DNA from: Octopus sinensis
Taxonomy: Eukaryota
Reading direction: 5' to 3'
Assembly: GCF_006345805.1 (NCBI RefSeq)
Contig: NC_043024.1
Coordinates: forward strand, 14,384,001-14,448,000
Length of the DNA stretch: 64,000 nt
Below are positions 40,729 through 51,595 of this stretch, piece after piece. The position numbers and the translations under genes are program-made. Position 1 is the first letter of the stretch, and each line of letters begins with the position of its first letter. Below the pieces are notes generated by a model. It made no database searches, was not told where the DNA came from, and saw only the letters and a program-made list of their open reading frames with translations.

Positions 40729-41091
40729 TTGGAAAAGGATGTGTGGCATTCAGTTAAATAATGACATAAATAATATATGTATATATATGTGTGCGTGTTT
40801 GGCCGGGGGGGGGGGCAGGACGTCATCAACTGTGTGGTTAGACATGTGGTTAGAAAATGTTTCTAATCTTTCCTTTCCACAAACTACATAACACAATGTG
40901 CAAAACTGTTCTGAACGGAAATAAGGGCAATAATATAACAACCAGTTAATGATGAGGATTAATAAGTATAAACAAGTTACAGAATATCGGTACACCTGGC
41001 AAACCGTGATGCTTAAGAGCATGTGGATTGATCAAAAAGGTATTCCAAAAGTTCAGCTGGTTGGAGCATTCTAAAAGGTACTAAAGTTTTC

Positions 41092-41509
41092 GGATCTTTT
41101 CGGTTTGAACGGCAGATTTTCCTAGCGGTGTTATATGAAATTGTCACCCATAATTATGACCCAAGTATCGATCTATTGCATTTCAATCTGTTTTAGGGTT
41201 AGGGTTAGGGGTGGGGGGAAGGGTATCTTTTTTGTCTTCAGAAATGTAAATAAACCCAATCTGTTTCTTAAAAGAGGGACATAGTCATACGGCACAGAAT
41301 GTTTCCGCCTCAATAGATGTCATTGATTGGTTGAAATTGCAAAAATTGAAGAAAAACAACAACAAATATCTTACAAACTATAGAATTTTCTTAATAAAGC
41401 CAAGAGAAAAAGATGTTTTATAAACACATTCTACCAGTATACGAAATTTAAAAGTGTTTTGTTACGTGGAAATTATTTTAAAAAACTGCCGTTCAAACCG
41501 AAAAGATCC
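41092..41509. mobile_element. Related MITE of the same family
   Basis: ggatcttttcgg...ccgaaaagatcc; perfect TSD aagttttc. Confidence 0.75.
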
Positions 41510-42523
41510 AAGTTTTCAAGAACTCAACTGTCAGTTAAACATATTTGTAATCTGATGAGTACACTATGTATGAAAGTGCTAATTTTATTAAGATTCCATA
41601 ATACAAAACGTTAAAACCAGGCTATGTTTTAATTTTATTCAACATATATGGTGGCTGCCCCCTCGTTATCGAGTATGGCCATTGCACGAAGCTTAATCAA
41701 TGTTGTTATCGTGCAATGCCCATGCAAAAAGATTTTTTTTTAAGTGAGGAAAGGCTGTGCACTGAGTCAATCCCACTCACCAAGCAACAGCAGCCATAAT
41801 CCGAAAAGAAAAACAAGTCAACATCATCGGTAACCACTGAGCCGCAGGTTTTATGTCGGAGTTATCCCAGTTACCTGAGTTACCTTCTTCTAGAAGGATG
41901 CCCTAACAAAGGCTAGGAGTCCTTCACTCCCAATGGTTTAACCGTGCGATCGGGTATTCAGTCCAATTATTTCTATGTCCCCGCGCATGATACAGCCTTA
42001 AGACATTTATTGGATGGGTGTTGACTCTCAAGAGTTCCTCTGCCCTTTGACGGGTTTTGTTTGTCATCCCTCAGGGTGTCCAATAAACACACTCTTCACC
42101 AAGCAAGCTTGGTGGGGTTGCCGGTTTAGTCTCCGATGACCCGACCATGCAACAGGTTGTACTGAGTTACATATGTATATATATATATATATATATACAT
42201 ACACACACGCACACATCAAAACCACCAGCCCTCTTTCTCACGCACATACGTACTCTCTTACACACATGCGCACCTTCATTTTGGGATCACTTTTACTTTG
42301 TTATCTCCCCTACTACTCCACTCTTCTGTGTGACCCTTCTGTCCAACAGTCACAATGATAGATCGTTAGCCACTACACACATTTTTTTCTCTCCTTGTTT
42401 CTTTCTGTGGAAGAGCGTAGGCTCGAAACGTAAATGACTTTTTCAATTCCCGATCATTAAACTAAAACATCTGTTTGTTTTGTACACCACCTGTCTTCGT
42501 CTTTTGTTTTTTTCATGAATTCT

Positions 42524-42578
<55 letters not shown>

Positions 42579-42841
42579 CATGTATGTGTGTGTGTAAACA
42601 CACACATAACCACAGGAGTATATATGTAAACAATAGTATCATATTTCACTCTTTAGCCCTTCATGATGAGGAAAAAGCTAAAAAAATTTACACAGAAAAT
42701 CTTGAAAGCAAGATATTTCAAAAGGCAAATACTATGTCATGTCAATACTCTTTAATTACCACAAGTGAGAAAAGTTAGAGATGAAAGGGGAGTTGTGCTT
42801 AGATTGCATGTCTGTTTGTATACAATGATTTGTCTTGAATA

Positions 42842-43144
42842 TCTATATATAAAACTGAAGTTGTGTGTGTGTCTGTCTACTCCGATTTAGATTCCTAACT
42901 ACTCCCACATTTTGTGGTGCAGTTTAACCAAAAGCGGGTATCTTATAGCCGTGATTCATATCGAGCCCTTCTGGGTATTAGCGTGCATCTATGATGAGTC
43001 TACGATTTAAAAAAAAATTTACCATCATTTTGTCCGATTTTTAATGCATTTTTTGCTCGGTTTATATAAGGGAAGTAACTCTCTAAAAATGCTTATATAG
43101 TTATTTCCCTTACAAACCCGAGCAACGCCGGGCGATACTGTTAG
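42842..43144 (+). mobile_element. Non-autonomous Helitron, same family (internally shorter)
   Basis: TCtatatataaaactg...gcaacgccgggcgatactgTTAG. Confidence 0.8.
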
Positions 43145-43181
43145 TAATATATATTACAATTTCTATATTCTGAAATTTCAG

Positions 43182-43223
43182 CATCGTCTGCAGTACCTCC
43201 ATACTCTGTATCTACACCGACAG
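43182..43223 (+). CDS. Microexon 13 (42 nt): (A)SSAVPPYSVSTPT
   Basis: tttcAG|CATCGTC...CCGACAG|GTcagt. Confidence 0.85.
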
Positions 43224-43279
43224 GTCAGTGAATATATTTATATAATATAAACTTATGTTAATTTTGTAAATCAATATAC

Positions 43280-44030
43280 ATCATCATCATCATTTAATGT
43301 CTGCTTTCCATGCTGGCATGGGTTAGAGAGTTTGACTGAAACTGGTAAGCCAGAGAGGTGCAGCAAGTTCCAGTCGGATTCGGCATCGTTTCTACGGTTG
43401 GATGCCCTTCCTAATGCCAACCACTCAAAGAATGTAATGGGTGCTTTTTTACATGTCATGGGCATAGATGCTGTTATATCCCACCGGCACGGGTGCCAGT
43501 TATGTGACACTGGCATCGGCCATGATTTCACTTGGTTTGAGGGGTCTTCTTAAGCATAGCATATCGCCAAAAATCTCAGTCACTTGTCATTGCCTCCATG
43601 AGGTCCAGTGTTTGAAGATCATGCCTCACCACTTCATCCTGTGACTTCCTGGGTCTGCACCTTCCACAGGTTTCCTCCACAGAGATCAGCACTTCTTTAC
43701 ATGCCTGTTCTCGTCTGCATGCATCCCAATGCAGTTGTCTCCCTTGCACACCACATCTGATGCCTCTTATGCCCAACTTTTCCTTGAAGACGCTTACACT
43801 CTGTTCTACATGTGCACTGACATTGTACATCCAGTGAAGCCTACTAGTTTCATTTCTTTCAAGCCTATGCATGACCTCGTTGGTCACAGCCCACATTTCC
43901 CTACTGTGTAGCACAGCTGTTTTCATGCAGGCATCATACAATCTGCCTTTTCACTCTGAGAGAGAGGTCCTTAGATACCAACAGAGATGGGAGCTCTCTG
44001 AACTTTGCCCAGCCTATTCTTAATCTTAGT
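43280..44030 (-). mobile_element. Old antisense RTE 3' fragment belonging to the repeated intron cassette (homologues at ~4950-9060 interrupted, 11860-12450, 18090-18600, 20990-22075, 25540-26880, 27930-29060, 31470-32330, 34730-36130, 39240-39870)
   Basis: ORF 43576-43941 (LYDAC-like...RLERNE...CGRCRPRK); each copy starts at a (CAT)n tail just downstream of a microexon. Confidence 0.75.
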
Positions 44031-44034
44031 AATA

Positions 44035-44265
44035 TATTTCTTTACTACCCACAAGGGGCTAAACACAGAGAGGACAAACAAGGACAGACAAAGGGATTAA
44101 GTCGATTACATTGACCCCAGTGCGTAACTGGTACTTAATTTATGGACCCCGAAAGGATGAAAGGCAAAGTTGACCTCGGCGGAATTTGAACTCAGAACGT
44201 AACGGCAAACGAAATACCGCTAAGCATTTCGCCCGGTGTGCTAACGTTTCTGCCATCTCGCCACC
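44035..44265 (-). mobile_element. SINE family B monomer
   Basis: TSD ttaatcttagtaata. Confidence 0.85.
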
Positions 44266-44494
44266 TTAATCTTAGTAATAGTTTATTATTTACTATACAC
44301 TAAAATAATTTTCTTTTCACCAATAGGGGCTGTGAGACTAGACAATCCAATTATATTCATATCAACTGGTGTAATAAATACATTCAACTTACACCTTCTC
44401 TCTAATCTATGCAAGCATGGAAAGTGGACATTAAATGAAGTTGATAGTGTGTGTATATATATATATGTGTGTGTGTTTATGGCTAGGAGACCTC

Positions 44495-44908
44495 TCTTTC
44501 TCTCTTTCTCTCTTTTACTTGTTTCAGTCATTTGACTGCGGCCATGCTGGAGCACCGCCTTTAGTCGAGCAACTTGACCCCGGGACTTATTCTTTGTAAG
44601 CTCAGTACTTATTCTATTGGTCTCTTTTGCCGAACCGCTAAGTGACAGGGACATAAACATCGGTTGTCAAGCAATGCTAGGGGGACAGACACAGACACAC
44701 AAATATATACGCACACAAATATATATATATATATATATACATATATACGACAGGCTTCTTCCAGTTTCCGTCTACCAAATCCACTCACAAGGCTTTGGTT
44801 AGCCCGAGGCTATAGCAGAAGACACTTGCCCAAGGTGCCATGTAGTGGGACTGAACCCGGAACCATGTGGTTGGTAAGCAAGCTACTTACCACACAGCCA
44901 CTCCTGCA
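44495..44908 (-). mobile_element. SINE family A
   Basis: Homology to family. Confidence 0.85.
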
Positions 44909-45215
44909 CCTATTGAGTCAAGTACATCAACATCAAAATAAAAATCAAATAGAAATTGTAGTTGTGATACCCATGCCAGTGGCACGTAAAAAGAGCCATC
45001 TAAATGTGGTCAATGCGAGCGTCGCCTGACTGGCGTCCATGTCGGTGACATGTAAAAAGCACCAACCGATTGTGGCCGTTTGTCAGCCAGTGTAAAAAGC
45101 ACCCACTACACTTGTGTAGTGGTTGGTGTTAGGAAGGGCATCCAGCTGTAGAAACACTATCAGATCAGACTGGAGCCTGGTGCAGCCTTCTGGCTTCCCA
45201 GACCCTGGTCGAACC

Positions 45216-45437
45216 TATTTCTTTACTACCCACAAGGGGCTAAACACAGAGAGGGCAAACAGGCACAGACAAACAGATTAAGTCGATTATATCGACCAAA
45301 GTGCGTAACTGGTACGTATTTAATCGACCCCGAAAGGATGAAAGGCAAAGTCGACCTTGGCGGAATTTGAACTTAGAACGTAAAGACGGACGAAATACGG
45401 CTACGCATTTCGCCCGGCGTGCTAACGATTCTGCCAG
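45216..45437 (-). mobile_element. SINE family B nested in an RTE-tail element
   Basis: Homology; flanking ccagacc(c/t)ggtcg duplication. Confidence 0.8.
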
Positions 45438-45893
45438 ACCCCGGTCGGACTGTCCAGCCCATACTAGCATGGGAAACGGATGTTAAACGATGATGATGAT
45501 ATGAATATATATAAATATATATATATGTGTATAATATGTATGTTAGTATGTTTATGGCTACACACACACACACACACACATATATAAAATTATTTATGAA
45601 TGAGAAAAAGAAGAAAATGGCGTAATTTGACATATAGACATAAATTTATTCAAAGATATTCAAATCAGTAAAATATTGATTTGAATATCTTTGAATAAAC
45701 TGATGCATATATGTCGATATTTCTCTATTTTCTTCATTTTATCATTCATAAATGATTTAAATACCAATATCCATCATTGCAAAACTAATGCATTTAGCTT
45801 TTCACTAAACACTGGTAAAGACCGGAGAACTAAGATGCAAACATCTCTTAAAGGATTATAGGTCCTTGGCATAATTGAATTTATATATATTAT

Positions 45894-46205
45894 GTGGAGG
45901 CGCATGGCCCAGTGGTTAGGGCAGCGGACTCGCGGTTGTGGGATCGCGGTTTCGATTCCCAGACAAGGCGTTGTGAGTGTTTATTGAGCGAAAACACCTA
46001 AAGATCCACGAGACTCCGACAGGGGGTAGTGGCGATCCCTGCTGTACTCTTTCACCACAACTTTCTCTCACTCTTTCTTCTGTTGGCCTGCTTGCTTGGC
46101 CAGCGGGGTGGCGTTATTCGAAGGCTAAAACAATGCGAAGTGCATTGTGACCAGTGATGTGTAGCAACATCTGATAACCTGGTTAGTTACGGTGATCATG
46201 GTGAT
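45894..46205 (+). mobile_element. SINE family C
   Basis: Homology to family. Confidence 0.8.
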
Positions 46206-46214
46206 ATATATTAT

Positions 46215-46612
46215 AGGTGCAGAAGTGGCTGTGTGGTAAGTAGCTTGCTTATCAACCACATGGTCCCGGGTTCAGTCCCACTGCATGGCACCTTGGGCAA
46301 GTGTATTCTACTATAGCCTCAAGCCTTGTGTGTGGATTTGGTAGACGGAAACTGGAAGAAACCCATCGTATATATGTATATATATATATATTTGTGTGTG
46401 TGTTTGTCTGTCTGTGTTTGTCCCCCCAACATCGTTTGACAACCGATGCTGGTGTGTTTACGTCCCTGTAACTTAGCAGTTCGGCAAAAGAGACCAATCG
46501 AATAAGTACTAGGCTTACAAGGAATAAGTCCTGGGGTCGATTTCCTCGACTAAAGGTGGTGCTCCAGCATGGCTGCAGTCAAATGACTGAAACAAGTAAA
46601 AGAGTAAAAGAG
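46215..46612 (+). mobile_element. SINE family A
   Basis: Homology to family. Confidence 0.85.
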
Positions 46613-46968
46613 TATATGTATACATGCACTCACACACTCAAACAAACACATACGCACGTGCGTGCATAAACACAGAAGTATATATATAGAACAACAATAT
46701 AAAGAAGTAGTATCATATTTCACTCTTTAGCCCTTCAAGATGAGCAAAAACCTAAAAAATTAATCAGAAAATCTTAAAAGCAAGATATTTTAAAAGACAA
46801 ATACTATGTCGTGTCAATACTTTTAAATCCCCACAACTGAGAAAAGTTAGAGATTTCATGCAAAAGAATTCGGAAAAGGCAGATGTGCTTGGATTATTTG
46901 TCTGTTTGTATTCAATGCTTTCTCTTCAATATAATATGTATTACAATTTCTATATTTGGAAATTTCAG

Positions 46969-47010
46969 CATTGTCTACAGTACCTCCATACTCTGGATCT
47001 ATACCAACAG
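46969..47010 (+). CDS. Microexon 14 (42 nt): (A)LSTVPPYSGSIPT
   Basis: tttcAG|CATTGTC...CCAACAG|GTcagt. Confidence 0.85.
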
Positions 47011-47437
47011 GTCAGTGATTATATATTTACTCTTTTACTTGTTTCAGTCATTTGACTGTGGCCATGCTGATGCACCGCCATTAGTTGAGCAAATCGACCC
47101 GGACTTCTCCTTACTTCTTATAATAAGCTCGAAACCTAAAAGACCTTTCCATTTTTCCTGATCGTCAAACTAATACACTTGGTTGTTGTTTCTCTTTGTT
47201 TTTCCATAAATTTGAACAAAACCCTAAAACAATTACCCAGAAAATCATGAATACAAGAGATTTAAAAGGGCAAATACTATGTCATGTCAATACTCTTTAA
47301 TTACCACAAGTGAGAAAAGCTAGAGATTTCATACAAAAGAGTACAGAAAGGGGAGATGTCCTCAGATTGTTTGTTCGTATACAATGATTTTTCTTGAATA
47401 TGATATATATTACAATTTCTATATCCTAATATTTCAG

Positions 47438-47479
47438 CATCATCTACAGTACCTCCATACTCTGGATCTATACCGACAG
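47438..47479 (+). CDS. Microexon 15 (42 nt): (A)SSTVPPYSGSIPT
   Basis: tttcAG|CATCATC...CCGACAG|GTcagt. Confidence 0.85.
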
Positions 47480-48384
47480 GTCAGTGAATATATATTTATG
47501 TAATATAAACTCATGTACAATTTGTAAATCAAGATAATATAAACTTATGTTTATTTTGTAAATATCATCATCATCATCGTCTGCTTTCCATGATGGGATG
47601 GGCTAGACATTTTAACTAAAACTGGTTAGCCAGAGAGTTGCGACAAGTTCCAGTCAGATTTGGCATGGTTTCTACAACTGGATGCTCTTCCTAATGCCGA
47701 CCACCCCAAGAGTATAATGGGTGCTTTTTACACCATGAATTATCTCCCATTCCTTTAACCTCTCCTTATTATCAGCTCCCTTTCGTTCAACCTTTTTTAC
47801 CCTAACATTCGCCATGCTTTTTCATTCTCTCTCTATTTACTTCCTCTAATTCCTTTGTGACGAAGAGCATAAGCTCGAAACTTAAAAGACCTTTCCAGTT
47901 TTCCTGATCGTCAAACTAATACACTTGATTATTGTTTCGCTTTGTTTTCCCATAAATTTGAACTATATATATGTGTGTATGTATGACGATTGGAAGGGCA
48001 TATACCTGTAAAAATCCTGCGAAAATAGTTAGTTAAACGATGATGATGATGAAATATATATATATATATATATATCAATAATATATAAATATATATATAT
48101 ATATATATAATAATAATAATGATAATATAAATAATTTATGAATATATGCATATATATTTATATATATCATAATATAAATAACATATAAATATATGCATAT
48201 ACAATGATTATATACATATATGTACATACCTACATATATATGTATACATACATGCATATATGTGTACAGGACATCAAAAAAACGTTGAACACAATGAGAA
48301 ACGAAAACACAAAAACAAAAACATAGAAATGAGACCTACAACCTGAAGAATATCCCCCTTCTTCAGTTGTCCTCAACCACTCCA

Positions 48385-48865
48385 CAGGTTTATTCTTATT
48401 TTTATAAGAATGCCATATTAGTATGGCGATAACTATTATTTTCCGGGAACGCTGCCGTTGTTCTCTTTTAGAGAGACTTAGTAATTTTAATATTTCTATT
48501 ATTGAAAACAAGTGGATGTATTCCACCGAAGCTAGGTAAATAAAACCATCGAACAGAGATTGTCGGAAGCGACACCTACTGGCTGGCTACGCTGCATTGA
48601 AAAGGGGCAATACCCCGAAACGCGTCTGTAGCTGCCGGTCAAGTAGTGTGGAGCGACTGACCTCCCTTGTTCGAAGGTTATATGGATACAGTTTGTGTAT
48701 CAAATAGCTAACTTAAGGCAATGGCCTCATGGAGCTAATAAGCGGACAGCTTTATTCTTATTTTTATAAGAATGCCATATTAGTATGGCGATAACTATTA
48801 TTTTCCAGGAACGCTGCCGTTGTTCTCTTTTAGAGAAACTTAGTAATTTTAATATTTCTATTATA
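48385..48865 (+). mobile_element. Penelope-like terminal repeat in partial tandem, with degenerate minimal hammerhead at 48591-48632; relative at 50370-50705
   Basis: Direct partial repeat (48385-48503 vs 48750-48865); GCTGCA-TTGAAAA-GGGG caata CCCC-GAAAC-GC-GTC-TGTAGC. Confidence 0.6.
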
Positions 48866-49388
48866 TATATATATATATATATAGAAAATAGTAAAAAGTG
48901 AAAAAACTACAGAAGGCTTGTTTTAAAAGGTTAAAAAATATATATTTGAGTCAATATGTCTGAAGAATGTTATAAATCTTTTTCATACAATGACATAGTT
49001 TTTGAAGAAATGACCGGTTTCGCGTTCAGCTTTTCAAATTTCTTACATTGTTATGTTTACGTTGAGAAGAGATATCATTATGTTTATATATATATAAAAA
49101 CACAGAAGTACATATGTAAAACAACAATATAAGGAGATAATATCTTATTTCACTCTTTTGCCCTTCACAAGGAACAAAGCCCCCCAAAAATTACCCAAAA
49201 CTCTTGAAAGCAAGATATTTTAAAAGGCAAATACAATGTCATGTCAATACTTTTACATTGCCATAAGTGCGTAAAGTTAGAGATTTCATGCAAAAGGGTA
49301 GAGAAAGGGGCTTAGATTGTATGTCTGTGTGTATACAATTTCTCGTTAATATAATACATATTACAATTTCTACATTCTGAAATTTCAG

Positions 49389-49430
49389 CATCACCTCCAG
49401 CACCTCCATACTCTGTATCTATACCGACAG
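49389..49430 (+). CDS. Microexon 16 (42 nt): (A)SPPAPPYSVSIPT
   Basis: tttcAG|CATCACC...CCGACAG|GTctgt (weaker donor). Confidence 0.75.
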
Positions 49431-50320
49431 GTCTGTGAATATATTTATATAATATAAACTTATGTTTATTTTGTAAATTAAGATATATCATCATCCTCAT
49501 CTTCATCATCATCATCATCATTTAGTGTCTCTTTTCCATGCTGGCATGGGTTAGAGAGTTTAACTGAAACTGGTAAGCCAGAGAGGTGCCGCAAGTTCCC
49601 GTCTGATTTGGCATGGTGTCTACAGCTGGATGGTCTTCCTAACATCAACCCCTCCAAGAGCGTAATGGGTGCTTTTTACATGCCTCATGCGTGGGTCCTT
49701 TTATGCACCTGAAGTATGGGTGCCAGTCATGTGACTCTAGCATCGGTCATTACTACGATTTCACTTGGCTTGACGAGTCTTATTAACTTTTATATCCTGC
49801 CACAGATTGGTATAAATAAATATGTGTAGTGGAGGTTTAATCAATGTTCACACGAGTACTTTGCAAGACTACCAGGAATGGGTGGGGGTTCCTCCTCGCT
49901 GGCTTGCTGCCTTCTTCCCCTCCTCCTCTTCCTGCCCACCCTGTCCACTCTGTTGATTCCCCCATCTTGCACCCTGGCCCCTTGCTTCCATCCCTCTCAG
50001 TTTCCGATGCTACAACTGTCAGAGACACGGTCTCCTCTGGAGCCTTCTTCGGTTCCTCTACAGGGTGTAAAGCACCTGGCTCTCATGTGTCACAACTGTC
50101 CAAACTTACAGCACCTCAGCGTGCACTAAGGATACTGCTTGGTGCATGGTTATTGAGAAAGACTGTGCTCAAGGCTGTGATGTAATGTCAAACTCATTTG
50201 GAAAGTATGAATAAAAATTGAATGGAAATGAGCAATGAAGTGAGATGCTCTGTCTATTAGTTGACAGTTGTTTTATAAGCTGTGTTAGTTATATAAGTAG
50301 CACTACATCATGCATCACAA

Positions 50321-50358
<38 letters not shown>

Positions 50359-50706
50359 CTATTTTTGAAAACCAGTGGATGTATTCCACTGAATTTAGGT
50401 AAATAATCCTTCAAACAGACGGTCAGTAGCGACGCCTGCTGGGTTCGGCTACTCTGCATTGATAAAGGGCAAATACTCAGAAACATGTCTGCAGATGCCT
50501 GACCAGCAAGGGGAAGCGGCTGACCTCCCCTGTTTGAAGATTATAATGGACACAGGTTCGTGTGTCACATAGCAAGCTAGAGGCGATGACCTCTTGGAGC
50601 TAATCATCGGCAGCTTTCGTCCTATATTTATGGACTACCATATTAGTTTGGCGATAACTATTAATATCCTGTACCACTGCTGTAGTCTCCTTTAGAGAGA
50701 CTCAGA

Positions 50707-50752
<46 letters not shown>

Positions 50753-51186
50753 TATATATATATATATACCTTCAGCAACAACACACCCTATAAGCTGAGT
50801 GACTACTACTAAATTCAGGCCATGACAGATGTTGCTAAAGCTGAGGATTTTGAACTTAGAGAGAATGATAATGTTTACATATCACCTGAGGAAACACATC
50901 TAGTTCTCATAATGCAGGGAAGCACTTACATAATCAACTATCTGAACGCCTTGAGAGCTATGTTTCGTGGAAACAATTGTAGTGATTAAAAAATACATGT
51001 CCAACCATACTCCTTGTTGACCCAAATTTTTTCAGCTATGTATTCGCACACGACAGATGCCCAAACGCAAACCTGGAGGTACACATAATACTACCACTGG
51101 ATAGCACAGGGTAAATCTGGAGGTGGATGAGCTTTATACTGTGCTCTACTACATTCTTAACAGAATATACCATAACTATATATATG

Positions 51187-51231
<45 letters not shown>

Positions 51232-51559
51232 ACCCCATACATACGCCTGTCCAGACCTATCCTAGGGTCATTCAACCCTATTATCTCCCCTTATTTCGCT
51301 CTCGCGTCTCATGTTTGATCTTTGACCTCTGGCCGAAATCAGATCGCCATGTTGATTCGTTAGTTACTGCACGCATTTTTTTCTCTCCTTCTTTCTGTGT
51401 TTTTTTTCTCTCTGTGTATCTTTCTGTTGAAGAGCGTAGGCTCGAAACGTTAAAGACTTGTTTTATTTATATTTCCTGAGCGCCATACTAATACAATTGT
51501 TTGTTTGTTTTCCACCTGCCTTCGTCTTTTGTCTATTTTCATAAAGCTTCCCGTTATAG

Positions 51560-51595
<36 letters not shown>

